From contig SKGK01000053.1 in NCBI GenBank assembly GCA_007117465.1, forward strand, positions 20,740 through 84,739: a DNA stretch of 64,000 nt, read 5' to 3'. Both the position numbers and the translations under genes were made by a program. The first letter of the stretch is position 1; the number at the start of each line of letters is the position of its first letter. Source of the DNA: Clostridia bacterium (lineage in GTDB: Bacteria > Bacillota > Clostridia > SK-Y3). Under the pieces are notes generated by a model that was not told the DNA's origin, did no database searches, and saw only the letters and a program-made list of their open reading frames with translations. Below are positions 10,419 to 20,053 of this stretch, in pieces.

Positions 10419-11813
10419 ATGCAAATGGATTATTGTTTTATTAAAGGGGGCTCACACTGCACCAATCCAAGCACTATGTTTGTTTCTACAAACAGCAAAA
10501 ACCATCGTAATGATGCTGGTCAGTTTGATGCGGTATTTAGAAGGACACAAAATGAGAAAAGAGATACACAGCCTCAGCAGCGAAGTGGCGTTTCGGCTCA
10601 TGCAGACAATAGGCGTCAGTCTACGACTTTTCAGGATGAAGGCATATCAAGACAAGTTCAAAATATCGTCAATGATAAGCAGCAGGTAGAAAAGTCGCAG
10701 CAAGAGGTACAAGATGATGCTATGAAAATGCTACTTTCAATGTTAGCAGAAGGTCAGATAGATATGGAGCAGTTGGCACTGCTAGAAGTGGAATATGCGC
10801 AGGAGATAGAAATGCTAAGTAGTGTTGAAAGTGTAGAAATATTAGCAACTGAACTGCAAACACAAAATGATTTTTCATTGACAGAGCAGCTTGTAATATT
10901 GGAAAAGTTATATGACCTCATTGAGCAAATGCAGCTTGAAAATTTGGAAGAAGAAAAGGGAATAAATGATGAATTAGATGCAATTTTAGCACTCTTAGCT
11001 AAAAAAATGCAAGAAGGCAAACAAAAGATTGAAAACCTTGATGATGCAAATACAGCAGTCCAAAGAGGAATTGACCAGACGGCTTATCACGTTAATCAAC
11101 ATCAAGCACAGCAAAAGCATAACCAAGATATAGCGCAGCAAGAGGATGCACAAGGCCTAGAAGAAGATGGCATACTTGCTTTAAAAGAGAGTGAAGGCAA
11201 AGAAAATTATCAGCAAGAAGAGCAGCAAGATGAAGGAGATTTAAACTTGCAAGGTAAAGTCGAAGTTATTAACCTCGAGTCTGGAAAAGAGGAACAGCTA
11301 GATATGTATTTTAATGACATTCTAGAAATAAAAGAAGAGACTGCATCGGTTGAAAGCGTTAAAAAAGCAGTGACAATGCCTAGTGCTGAAAGAACCAATA
11401 TATTTAATCAAGTGGTAGAAAGTGCAAAGGTAGTTTTGCAGGAAGGAAAGTCTGAAATGACTTTGCAGTTAAAACCAGAGCATCTTGGAAGATTATCGGT
11501 AGAAATTGTAACAGAAAGAGGTATTATGATGGCAAGATTTGAAGCAGAAAGCCAACAAGTAAAAGAGATTATTGAATCAAACTTGTCGTTGCTAAAAGAT
11601 GCACTCGAAAGCCAAGGACTAAATGTACAGGGCTTTAGTGTATCAGTAGGTCAGCAAAATGCACAAAGACAAGCATTTCAGCAGTCTTCACGTGCAAAAA
11701 CAAATAAAATATCTAGTGAAGAAATAACGAGACAAAATAATCAATATTCACAAGAAAGTATCGTAGTTAATCCCTATGATATTTCTAACAGTAGCATTGA
11801 CTTTACTGCATAA
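10419..11813 (+). CDS. fliK: Flagellar hook-length control protein FliK
   Basis: Q/E-rich central region and a C-terminal Flg_hook domain (LQLKPEHLGRLSVEIVTERGIMMARFEAES...LKDALESQGLNV). I chose ATG 10419 behind GGGAGGTG; the ORF-track TTG is at 10401. Confidence 0.82.
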   Translation: MQMDYCFIKGGSHCTNPSTMFVSTNSKNHRNDAGQFDAVFRRTQNEKRDTQPQQRSGVSAHADNRRQSTTFQDEGISRQVQNIVNDKQQVEKSQQEVQDDAMKMLLSMLAEGQIDMEQLALLEVEYAQEIEMLSSVESVEILATELQTQNDFSLTEQLVILEKLYDLIEQMQLENLEEEKGINDELDAILALLAKKMQEGKQKIENLDDANTAVQRGIDQTAYHVNQHQAQQKHNQDIAQQEDAQGLEEDGILALKESEGKENYQQEEQQDEGDLNLQGKVEVINLESGKEEQLDMYFNDILEIKEETASVESVKKAVTMPSAERTNIFNQVVESAKVVLQEGKSEMTLQLKPEHLGRLSVEIVTERGIMMARFEAESQQVKEIIESNLSLLKDALESQGLNVQGFSVSVGQQNAQRQAFQQSSRAKTNKISSEEITRQNNQYSQESIVVNPYDISNSSIDFTA

Positions 11814-11822
11814 GAAAGGGGG

Positions 11823-12656
11823 ATGAAAATGTCAGTAGAAAATGTGTATAATAACCGGATTGTACAAGATTATTTCACTGATCTTACCAGTCGCAATACA
11901 GATGGATTAGGCAAAGATGATTTTTTGAATTTATTAGTAACGCAGCTTAAATATCAAGATCCATTAAAGCCGATGGAAGATAAAGAATTTATTGCACAAA
12001 TGGCGCAGTTTTCCGCACTAGAGCAGATGCAAAATATGAACCAAACGTTTAACGATGTAAAGGCTTTTAGTATGATTGGTAAGGCGGTCGCAGCGCTGAT
12101 TCAAGATGAAAAGGAAGAGCTAAAAGAAGTTGTTGGTGTGGTAGAGAGTGTACGTATTGCAAACGGTAGAACATATGCACAGGTAGATGGTAGAGACATT
12201 GCCATAAGTGATATTACTGATGTATTTGAAATACCACCCAAAAGGGAGACGCAAAACATTACCGAATATACGGGGATGGTTGGTAAAAATGTAACAGCGA
12301 TTTTCCTAGACGGTGAAAACGGGCATAAAGTTGATATAAATGGTGATGTAAAAGAAATTAGCCTTATTGAAGATACGGTATATACTAAAATGGATAATGT
12401 AGAGGCGTGGCTTCATGATGTGAAGATAGAGGCAGACGAAGTATTTACCGATATGGAGACTTATTTAAGTGACAATATGGACAAAGAGGTTACGCTGGTT
12501 ATTAGAGAGAAAGCGTTAGCTGAAGATGAAACAATCCCTAATGTAACAGTAAAAGGTATCTTGAGAAATGTTGAAATGGACGAAACATCTCAGCTTATGA
12601 AAGTAAGCCTCGATGGCGTGCAGGTTCCAGCAAATAATATACTGAGTATTCGATAG
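11823..12656 (+). CDS. flgD: Flagellar hook capping/assembly protein FlgD
   Basis: FlgD N-terminal motif (LGKDDFLNLLVTQLKYQDPLKPMEDKEFIAQMAQFSALEQMQNM). ATG 11829 is an alternative start because the RBS ends 1 nt before 11823. Confidence 0.9.
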   Translation: MKMSVENVYNNRIVQDYFTDLTSRNTDGLGKDDFLNLLVTQLKYQDPLKPMEDKEFIAQMAQFSALEQMQNMNQTFNDVKAFSMIGKAVAALIQDEKEELKEVVGVVESVRIANGRTYAQVDGRDIAISDITDVFEIPPKRETQNITEYTGMVGKNVTAIFLDGENGHKVDINGDVKEISLIEDTVYTKMDNVEAWLHDVKIEADEVFTDMETYLSDNMDKEVTLVIREKALAEDETIPNVTVKGILRNVEMDETSQLMKVSLDGVQVPANNILSIR

Positions 12657-12659
12657 AAG

Positions 12660-13070
12660 ATGGTGGATAGGATGAATAATATGACCAATATTGTTGGGAA
12701 GCCAATGAGTACCACCGGCAAACCAATTTTTCCAGCGCAGAAGCCCAGAGTAAATATAACAGAAAAACCAACAGGAAATTTTTCTACGTATTTACAACAA
12801 GCAGTAGAGGGTAATAACACTATTAGATTTTCGAAACATGCGCAGGCACGGTTAAAAGATAGAAATATTCAAATGAGTGCGGTACAGCTACAAAAAATTA
12901 ATGATGCCGTTTGCAAAGCAGAGAAAAAGGGTATTAAAGAATCGTTGGTACTCATGGATAATCTAGCATTGGTGGTAAGTGTAAAAAATAAGACAGTAAT
13001 TACTGCTGTAAACAATAAAGAAATAAAAGAAAATGTATTTACAAATATTGATGGTGCCGTCATTGTATGA
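12660..13070 (+). CDS. Small 'flagellar operon protein' between flgD and flgE (TIGR02530-like by recollection)
   Basis: 136 aa lying between flgD and flgE, as in many Firmicutes. The segment RFSKHAQARLKDRNIQMS...VVSVKNKTVITA resembles that family. No homology search was possible. Confidence 0.6.
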   Translation: MVDRMNNMTNIVGKPMSTTGKPIFPAQKPRVNITEKPTGNFSTYLQQAVEGNNTIRFSKHAQARLKDRNIQMSAVQLQKINDAVCKAEKKGIKESLVLMDNLALVVSVKNKTVITAVNNKEIKENVFTNIDGAVIV

Positions 13071-13154
13071 TAGCCGGACCTTAAAAGGAGGCGAATCATT
13101 CCTAAATGACAGACGGAATGAAACAAGACGGTTTAAAAAGGAGGTCAAAGAAGT

Positions 13155-14531
13155 ATGATGAGATCAATGTTTTCTGGTGTGTCAGGATTAAGAGCACATC
13201 AGAACAGGATGGATGTAGTCGGTAATAACATTGCCAATGTCAATACCGTAGCATTTAAATCAAGTAGAGTAACATTCCAAGAAGTATTTACCCAGACCAT
13301 TCGTGGTGCTTCTTCACCAGATAGTGCAACAGGTCGTGGTGGAACGAACCCAATGCAAGTAGGTCTAGGGATTTCGGTGGCTTCTATTGATACGATTTTC
13401 ACAAGAGGAAGCTTACAAAGAACGGATAACCCAACGGATTTAGCGATTGAAGGAGAAGGATTTTTCATTGCACGAGGAAGCAGTGCAGATACGTATCAGT
13501 TTACGCGTGCAGGCAACTTTGGAATAGATAAGCATGGAAACTTAGTGAATCCGAATGGGCTACGTGTGTATGGTTGGCATCACCGTGTAGAAGGTAGTAA
13601 AACAGAATTTGATGCAGAGCAAGAAATTCAGCCAATTAACATCTTTCGAGATGATGAGAATGGTAACAAAAGAATTATTCCTGCAAGCCACACTTCGCGT
13701 GTAGCTTTTTCAGGAAATTTGAATTCTTCATATGTGGCATTATCAAGTAATGGTAATGACTTGAATTCAGCAGAAACACATGATATAGACGATATTCAAA
13801 CCGCACTTGACAGTACACCAGGCCTTCAAACGTTTGCAGTGCCGTATACCATTTATGACAAACTGGGAAATGATCATACCATTACGTTAACATTTGTGAA
13901 AAATGATGCAAACGCTAATGAATCAGAGTGGTTTTGGTATGCAGCAGATGTGCTAGATGAAAACAATGATCCATTGCAAGGATTTTTAATGTTTAATGAA
14001 GATGGACAAGTTGTACAAGGTGATCCACATGATACAAGCCCTTTACAAACAATCATTCCACCTCTAGATTCTGGAACGGATAAGTTTGATGTGGTATTTG
14101 ATTTTACTAGTATAACGCAATTTAGAGGAGATGGTTCGGTTAAAGCAATGGATGTCAACGGGTATAGATCAGGAGAATTTGTTACCATGAATGTAGGCTC
14201 AGATGGTCTAATTACAGCTATCTATAGTAATGGTGAACAGCAGGCAGTAGGACAAATTGCATTGGCTTATTTTGAAAATCCAAGTGGACTTCAAAAGACA
14301 GGCGGCAATCTTTATATTCCTACTACAAACTCAGGTGATTTTGATAAAGGGTTAAAGCCTGGCTCAGCAGGCGTAGGAACACTCAATCCAGGGACGCTAG
14401 AAATGTCGAATGTAGACTTATCAAGAGAGTTTACAGAAATGATTACGACACAAAGAGGTTTTCAGGCAAACTCTAGGATTATTACTACATCTGATGAGAT
14501 GCTTCAAGAACTAGTAAACTTGAAACGTTAA
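13155..14531 (+). CDS. flgE: Flagellar hook protein FlgE
   Basis: Conserved N-terminus (MFSGVSGLRAHQNRMDVVGNNIANVNTVAFK) and C-terminus (TTQRGFQANSRIITTSDEMLQELVNLKR). AAGGAGG RBS upstream. Confidence 0.96.
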   Translation: MMRSMFSGVSGLRAHQNRMDVVGNNIANVNTVAFKSSRVTFQEVFTQTIRGASSPDSATGRGGTNPMQVGLGISVASIDTIFTRGSLQRTDNPTDLAIEGEGFFIARGSSADTYQFTRAGNFGIDKHGNLVNPNGLRVYGWHHRVEGSKTEFDAEQEIQPINIFRDDENGNKRIIPASHTSRVAFSGNLNSSYVALSSNGNDLNSAETHDIDDIQTALDSTPGLQTFAVPYTIYDKLGNDHTITLTFVKNDANANESEWFWYAADVLDENNDPLQGFLMFNEDGQVVQGDPHDTSPLQTIIPPLDSGTDKFDVVFDFTSITQFRGDGSVKAMDVNGYRSGEFVTMNVGSDGLITAIYSNGEQQAVGQIALAYFENPSGLQKTGGNLYIPTTNSGDFDKGLKPGSAGVGTLNPGTLEMSNVDLSREFTEMITTQRGFQANSRIITTSDEMLQELVNLKR

Positions 14532-14545
14532 TCATTAAAAAAGTA

Positions 14546-14581
14546 GGATGAGGGCAGGAATAATGCCTGCTCCATCCCTTT
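14546..14581 (+). terminator. Imperfect GC-rich hairpin after flgE (candidate partial terminator or RNA stabiliser)
   Basis: GGATG..GCAGG (14546-14558) pairs with CCTGC..CATCC (14566-14577) around a small internal loop, followed by CTTTC. Confidence 0.4.
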
Positions 14582-14642
14582 CATATCTCGAAAACAATCG
14601 AAAAATGAAAGTTTATGTTGTGAAACATGAAGGAGTTGTGGT

Positions 14643-14843
14643 ATGATAAAGGTAACGCGATTTAATGGAAAAGAGTTTTATGTGAATTGTGATTTGATTG
14701 AATTTTTAGAGTCAACACCTGATACAGTTATTACCACAACAACAGGTAAAAAGATAGTGGTAAATGAAACAGTAGAAGAGGTAATTAAGCGAATTATTAC
14801 TTTTAAAGGAAAAATTTATCGTTATCCAAACAACAATGAATAG
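14643..14843 (+). CDS. flbD: Flagellar protein FlbD (SwrD-like)
   Basis: 66 aa starting MIKVTRFNGKEFYVNCDLIEFLESTPDTVITTTTGKKIVV, which matches the FlbD family. Lies upstream of motA. Confidence 0.87.
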   Translation: MIKVTRFNGKEFYVNCDLIEFLESTPDTVITTTTGKKIVVNETVEEVIKRIITFKGKIYRYPNNNE

Positions 14844-14882
14844 TTTAAAGTAGTTGTAAAGGATATAAAGTGGGGTGTATGC

Positions 14883-15689
14883 ATGGATATTGCTACGATA
14901 ATCGGTTTTATTTTAGGCAGTGTTTTTATTTTAACATCAATATCTTTGGCAGGTAATTTGGGGTGGTTTTTTAGTTTTTCATCTATTATGATTGTAGCGG
15001 GTGGAACAAGTTGTGCTACCATGATTAATTATCCTATCAGTAAATTTTTAAATGCATTTAAAACATTAAAGCATGTTTTACGGGTCAAACAACTAGAACC
15101 TGCAAATGTCATTAGTATTATCATTGAACTAGCGAATGTGGCAAGAAAAGAAGGACTCCTTGCATTAGAAGAGGCAGGTGATAAGATTGATGATGAATTT
15201 TTAAAAAAGGGTGTTTTGCTTATTGTAGATGGTACTGACCCAGAACTTGTGCGTAGCATTTTAGAAACAGAACTTATCTTTATAGAAGGAAGGCATAAAG
15301 AGAGTCAAGGTATTTTTGAGACAATGGGTACACTTGCACCTGCTTTTGGAATGATAGGTACATTAATAGGTCTTATTGCTATGCTACAGCAGTTAGAAGA
15401 TCCGTCTACATTAGGACCTTCGATGGGAATTGCACTCATTACAACTTTTTATGGGACGCTCCTTGCCAATTTTGTATTTTTGCCAATTGCAGGCAAATTA
15501 AAAACACGAAGTGCAGAAGAAATTTTACTTAAAGAAGTTATAATAGAAGGATTATTGTCTATACAAGCAGGTGAAAATCCTAGAATTATTGAAGAAAAGC
15601 TCAAAGCATTCTTACCACCGATCGTTCGTCAACAAGTGGGTAAAAAAGACCAACCGGAGCAGACGGATGAGGTAGGTGCTGAGGTATGA
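14883..15689 (+). CDS. motA: Flagellar stator protein MotA
   Basis: Four-TM MotA/TolQ/ExbB-type channel protein with a conserved C-terminal half (APAFGMIGTLIGLI...ALITTFYGTLLANFVFLPIAGKL). Confidence 0.92.
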   Translation: MDIATIIGFILGSVFILTSISLAGNLGWFFSFSSIMIVAGGTSCATMINYPISKFLNAFKTLKHVLRVKQLEPANVISIIIELANVARKEGLLALEEAGDKIDDEFLKKGVLLIVDGTDPELVRSILETELIFIEGRHKESQGIFETMGTLAPAFGMIGTLIGLIAMLQQLEDPSTLGPSMGIALITTFYGTLLANFVFLPIAGKLKTRSAEEILLKEVIIEGLLSIQAGENPRIIEEKLKAFLPPIVRQQVGKKDQPEQTDEVGAEV

Positions 15690-16477
15690 GAAAGAAAAAC
15701 AAAGAAGAAGTACAAGCAGGTGCTCCAGCATGGATGGCGACGTATGGAGATATGGTAACGCTACTTTTGGTGTTTTTTGTAATGCTTTTTGCAATGTCTA
15801 CTATCGATAATGTTAAATTTATGCAGATGATTCAATCCATACAAGGATCGGTTGGCATTAATTACCAAGGGGAGTCCATAACAGATGATGATTTGCTTGC
15901 TGATAATAATATAATAGAGAAAGAAAGACAAGAAATCCTAGACGAGCTGCAAGAAAGAGAGTATCAAAAAGATATTGAAGATATGGAAAATATTTATAAT
16001 CAAATTAGCGCATATATTCAGGAGAACAATTTAGGGGACTCGGTAGAAATTACCAAAGAAAAACCGGGCATTTTGATTCGATTTACCGATAATGTTTTAT
16101 ATGATTCAGGAAAAGCAGATTTGAAGGTAGATGCAAAACAGATTTTAACAAATATGGCGTCTGTTTTCGAGCAGTTTGATAAATATATTCGTGTAGAAGG
16201 TCATACAGACAACGTGCCAATAAATAACGAAGAATTTGACAGCAACTGGGAATTATCAGGTCAAAGAGCCGCGAATGTGGTAAAATATTTTATTGAAGAA
16301 AATAATATTAACCCGAAGCGTTTATCATTTAGTGGATATGGGGAGTATCATCCTGTTTCTGATAATGATACGGTTGAAGGAAGACAAAAAAATAGGCGTG
16401 TAGACGTGGTGATTTTAAGAGATTATGTATCAGGTGTAATTTCTACCAGTGAGGGGGATATAGATGACGAAAGGTAA
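15686..16477 (+). CDS. motB: Flagellar stator protein MotB
   Basis: N-terminal TM with the conserved Asp (WMATYGDMVTLLLVFFV). C-terminal OmpA-like peptidoglycan-binding domain (NWELSGQRAANVVKYF...GRQKNRRVDVVI). Start overlaps the motA stop. Confidence 0.92.
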   Translation: MRKKNKEEVQAGAPAWMATYGDMVTLLLVFFVMLFAMSTIDNVKFMQMIQSIQGSVGINYQGESITDDDLLADNNIIEKERQEILDELQEREYQKDIEDMENIYNQISAYIQENNLGDSVEITKEKPGILIRFTDNVLYDSGKADLKVDAKQILTNMASVFEQFDKYIRVEGHTDNVPINNEEFDSNWELSGQRAANVVKYFIEENNINPKRLSFSGYGEYHPVSDNDTVEGRQKNRRVDVVILRDYVSGVISTSEGDIDDER

Positions 16478-16922
16478 TATATTATTGTTAGGCATTATAG
16501 GCACACTCCTGTTAGTGATTGCTTTTGGGATTGGGTGGTTAGTATATACAGGCAACCAGCCAGAAAAAGATTATACGGAGAACAATGAACCTAAATATGA
16601 CTTAAGTAGATCCGTTCTTTTTCCGGTAGGATCAGAAGCTATTATTTCCAATTTAAACACAGGCGATGTCAGAGACAGACGTGTCATTAGAGTAAGATTG
16701 AATCTAAGAATAGCTGACAATAAAATGGTAACCGAGTTAGAGACAGATAGGGCAGTCATTATTGATGAAATTATAACAATTTTAAGGGCTAAGACACCAG
16801 CAGAAGTTATTCAGCCAGAGGCAAAAGAAATGATTAAAAAAGAGATTATTGATGCGCTCAACACCTGTTTTAACACGGATAAAATTTTAGATGTCTATTT
16901 TGAAGAATTTATTGTACAGTAG
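16464..16922 (+). CDS. fliL: Flagellar basal body-associated protein FliL
   Basis: Single N-terminal TM helix plus a FliL-type domain. Lies directly before fliM. Confidence 0.82.
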   Translation: MTKGNILLLGIIGTLLLVIAFGIGWLVYTGNQPEKDYTENNEPKYDLSRSVLFPVGSEAIISNLNTGDVRDRRVIRVRLNLRIADNKMVTELETDRAVIIDEIITILRAKTPAEVIQPEAKEMIKKEIIDALNTCFNTDKILDVYFEEFIVQ

Positions 16923-16934
16923 GGGGGAGGAACA

Positions 16935-17924
16935 ATGGGTGATATTTTATCACAAAATGAGATTGATGATTTACTGAAGGCCTTAAATACAGGCGAACTT
17001 GATGTCGATCATATGCAAACCACTACACAAGAAAAAAAGATTCGTGAATATGACTTTAAGCGGCCAAGCAAATTTGCAAAAGACCATTTAAGAACCTTAA
17101 ATATTATTCATGAAACATATTCAAGATACATCACAAACTTTCTTTCAGGTTATTTAAGAACGCTTGTACATGTAGAAGTGATGTCGGTTGAAGAAATTAG
17201 TTATCATGAATTTAGCAATTCCATTTCTAATCCTGCTGTGCTAGGGATTGTAGATTTTATTCCTTTAAATGGGCATATAATTTTTGAAATAAATCCAAAT
17301 ATTATTTTTGCGCTCATTGACCGCATTTTAGGTGGAACTGGCCTGGGAATAGAAAAAGTAAGAGGATTTACTGAGATTGAGCTCTCGATTATTGAACGTA
17401 TTATGAATCAAATGCTAGGTCTTATGAAAGAGCCTTGGGAAAATGTGATTGAGCTAAAACCAAAGTTAGAGCGCATAGAGACAAATTCTCAATTTGCTCA
17501 AATTATTAATCCAAATGAAATGGTTGCACTGATAACATTAGATACAAAAGTAGGTGATATAAAAGGGATGATGAATATATGTATCCCACACCTTGTAGTT
17601 GAGCCAGTTATCGCTAAACTCAGTACAAAGCATTGGTTTGGGACACTGCAAAAAGAAATATCGCCACAATCAAAAAAAACCATCGAAAATAAAATTGAAA
17701 AAACACCCATACCACTTAAAGTATTATTAGGAAAAACAAATATAACAGTTAGTGATTTTATTGGATTGCAAAAAGGCGATGTGATTCAACTAGATAGTAC
17801 GCTAAATAGTGAGTTAGATATTTTAGTTGGCAATATGTTAAAGTTTCGTGGAAAGCCGGGTGTAAAAAGCAACAAAGTATCTGTGAAAGTCACAGAAATT
17901 ATAAGAGGGGAGGAGGATGATTAA
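16935..17924 (+). CDS. fliM: Flagellar motor switch protein FliM
   Basis: N-terminal CheY-P binding peptide (LSQNEIDDLL), FliM middle domain and C-terminal SpoA-like domain. Confidence 0.94.
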   Translation: MGDILSQNEIDDLLKALNTGELDVDHMQTTTQEKKIREYDFKRPSKFAKDHLRTLNIIHETYSRYITNFLSGYLRTLVHVEVMSVEEISYHEFSNSISNPAVLGIVDFIPLNGHIIFEINPNIIFALIDRILGGTGLGIEKVRGFTEIELSIIERIMNQMLGLMKEPWENVIELKPKLERIETNSQFAQIINPNEMVALITLDTKVGDIKGMMNICIPHLVVEPVIAKLSTKHWFGTLQKEISPQSKKTIENKIEKTPIPLKVLLGKTNITVSDFIGLQKGDVIQLDSTLNSELDILVGNMLKFRGKPGVKSNKVSVKVTEIIRGEEDD

Positions 17925-19102
17925 TGAGTGATATGCTTTCTCAGGCAGAAATAGATGCTTTATTAAATGGTACAGGTGGTGATGATGCACAAGAAGAAGA
18001 TATGATACAAGATATAGGCGATATGACTTTTACTGCAGATGAAGCGGACACATTAGGGGAAGTGGGTAACATTAGTATGGGTACTGCAGCGACCACGTTG
18101 TTTACTTTATTAGGGCAGAAGGTAATGATTACAACACCAAAAGTGAGTGTAACAAGTTGGAATAACTTAGCTAGCGCACACGTTATTCCTTATGTTGCGG
18201 TAAAAGTTAAATATACAGAAGGATTAGAAGGGACAAATCTGCTGATTCTGAAAGAAAAAGATACGAAAATCATTACTGATCTCATGATGGGGGGAGATGG
18301 GCAAAACAATGATGGTGAACTATCAGAATTGCATTTAAGTGCTATTAGTGAAGCTATGAATCAGATGGTTGGTTCATCCTCTACATCATTGTCTTCGATG
18401 TTTAATAAGAAGATTGACATTTCCCCACCAAATGCGTTTTCAATCAACTTTAATAGCGATGAGCCTTTTGGGGAATTCGATTATGATGAACAAATTGTAC
18501 AAATTGCTTTTAGAATGGTGGTTGGTGATTTAATTGACAGTGAAATTATGCAGCTTATTCCAATGACGTTTGCAAAGGATCTTGTAAGTAATTTATTAAA
18601 TGTAGAGCAAGATGTAGAGCAAGATGTAGAGCAAGATGTAGAGCAGTCACAAGAAGTTCCACAGCAATCTATGCATCAGCAACCGCAAACACAGCAAGTT
18701 CAGCAAAAGCCGTCTATTTCAAGGTCAATGCAATCAAGTGGAGGGGCAATGGATATGTCTAGTGAGTCGCAAGCAAACCAGACGATTAAGACGCCCGTTA
18801 ATGTTCAACCTGCTAGTTTTCAGAATTTTGAAGAAGTGGCGATAACAGTAGAAAAAGAAAATATTAGTTTGATTATGGATGTACCACTTGAGATTACTGT
18901 TGAATTGGGAAGAACAAAAAGGCTTATCCGTGATATTTTAGAATTTGTGCCTGGTTCAATCATTGAATTGGACAAATTAGCAGGAGAGCCGACTGATATT
19001 TTGGTTAATGGAAAAATAATAGCAAAAGGCGAAGTAGTCGTAATTGATGAAAGCTTTGGTATCCGTATTACAGATATAGTAAACCCTTCAAAGAGAATAT
19101 AG
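17924..19102 (+). CDS. fliY: Flagellar motor switch phosphatase FliY (CheC-like domain fused to FliN)
   Basis: N-terminal LSQAEIDALL peptide and two CheC-type ExxN motifs (GEVGNISMG, SEAMNQMVG). A Q-rich linker precedes the C-terminal FliN/SpoA domain (LEITVELGRTKRLIRDILEF..GSIIELDK). Confidence 0.92.
   Translation: MSDMLSQAEIDALLNGTGGDDAQEEDMIQDIGDMTFTADEADTLGEVGNISMGTAATTLFTLLGQKVMITTPKVSVTSWNNLASAHVIPYVAVKVKYTEGLEGTNLLILKEKDTKIITDLMMGGDGQNNDGELSELHLSAISEAMNQMVGSSSTSLSSMFNKKIDISPPNAFSINFNSDEPFGEFDYDEQIVQIAFRMVVGDLIDSEIMQLIPMTFAKDLVSNLLNVEQDVEQDVEQDVEQSQEVPQQSMHQQPQTQQVQQKPSISRSMQSSGGAMDMSSESQANQTIKTPVNVQPASFQNFEEVAITVEKENISLIMDVPLEITVELGRTKRLIRDILEFVPGSIIELDKLAGEPTDILVNGKIIAKGEVVVIDESFGIRITDIVNPSKRI
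18602..18646 (+). repeat. 12-nt tandem repeat (GTAGAGCAAGAT x3.75) inside fliY, encoding (VEQD)n
   Basis: Three perfect copies plus a 9-nt partial copy, read directly from the sequence. In-frame within the FliY inter-domain linker. Confidence 0.95.
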
Positions 19103-19105
19103 CTT

Positions 19106-19141
19106 TTGCATTTATAAATGCAATCGAGGCATTGCTTTTTT
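19106..19141 (+). promoter_or_regulatory. 18-bp perfect palindrome overlapping a weak hairpin plus T6 run, between fliY and cheY
   Basis: TTGCATTTATAAATGCAA lies at 19106-19123. GCAAT (19120-19124) pairs with ATTGC (19131-19135), followed by TTTTTT. The two structures share nt 19120-19123. Confidence 0.4.
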
Positions 19142-19194
19142 ATATATTTTGTGGTTTACTATTAGTATATTATAAATAAAGAGAGGGGTTAAAC

Positions 19195-19557
19195 ATGAGT
19201 AAGAGAGTTTTAATCGTAGATGATGCAGCTTTTATGAGAATGATGATCAAAGATATACTATCAAAAAATGGATATGATATAGTAGGAGAAGCAGAAAATG
19301 GTGCAAAGGCAATCGAAAAATATAAAGAGTTAACACCAGATTTGGTAGTTATGGATATAACAATGCCTGAGGTTGATGGCATTACAGCTGTCAAAGAGAT
19401 TAAAAAAATAAATGCTGATTCCAAAATTGTAATGTGTTCTGCGATGGGTCAGCAGGCAATGGTAATTGAATCAATACAGGCAGGTGCGAAAGATTTTATT
19501 GTAAAACCATTTCAAGCAGAACGCGTACTTGAAGCGATTAAAAAGGTGATTGGCTAA
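19195..19557 (+). CDS. cheY: Chemotaxis response regulator CheY
   Basis: 120-aa single receiver domain with an acidic pocket (LIVDDAAFMR), phospho-acceptor Asp (LVVMDITMP) and conserved Lys (FIVKPF). Confidence 0.94.
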   Translation: MSKRVLIVDDAAFMRMMIKDILSKNGYDIVGEAENGAKAIEKYKELTPDLVVMDITMPEVDGITAVKEIKKINADSKIVMCSAMGQQAMVIESIQAGAKDFIVKPFQAERVLEAIKKVIG

Positions 19558-20053
19558 GAATAGAAAGGACTATGAGATGTTACTTGTTACTACAAATATG
19601 CTAGGTTATGCAGTGCAAATTTTCACAGGGTTATTTGTTTTTGTATGTATTCTTTTTTTAACGTATATAGCAACAAAGTATATTGCTAAAAAATCATCTT
19701 TTGCGATGAAAAGTAAGCATTTAAAAGTTATTGAAAGTATATCTCTTGGGATGGATAAAACAATTTTTTTAGTACAAGCAGGAGATAAAAAAATGCTCAT
19801 AGGTGTTTGTGGCAAAAATATGCAATTTTTGTCAGAAATAACATTGACAGATGTAGAGATTGAGAAGCAAGATAATGGTGTTAAGACAATGAATTTTTCC
19901 AAAGTGCTTACAAAATATCTGCATAAAGATAGTGTGCATAAAAAGACAGTAAATAGCAATGTGGCTAGCAATGTAGATAAAATCAGACAATCCTTTAATA
20001 TGTTTAAAAAGAATAAGCAAGCTGGAGAGGAAAATTCGGATGAAGAGAAATAA
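19550..20053 (+). CDS. fliO: Flagellar biosynthesis protein FliO (FliZ in B. subtilis nomenclature)
   Basis: One TM helix followed by the FliO motif region (LKVIESISLGMDKTIFLVQAGDKKMLIGVCGKNMQFL). Lies directly before fliP. ATG 19577 is an alternative start. Confidence 0.72.
   Translation: MAKNRKDYEMLLVTTNMLGYAVQIFTGLFVFVCILFLTYIATKYIAKKSSFAMKSKHLKVIESISLGMDKTIFLVQAGDKKMLIGVCGKNMQFLSEITLTDVEIEKQDNGVKTMNFSKVLTKYLHKDSVHKKTVNSNVASNVDKIRQSFNMFKKNKQAGEENSDEEK

Noticed and set aside
13084-13154. Duplicated AAAGGAGG Shine-Dalgarno sequences upstream of flgE (13084-13091 and 13137-13144), with a possible 36-codon uORF from ATG 13106 overlapping the flgE start.
   Set aside because: The first SD is 14 nt from the ATG, which is poor spacing. 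The uORF has an arbitrary out-of-frame sequence, and a chance SD-like purine run is the simplest explanation.
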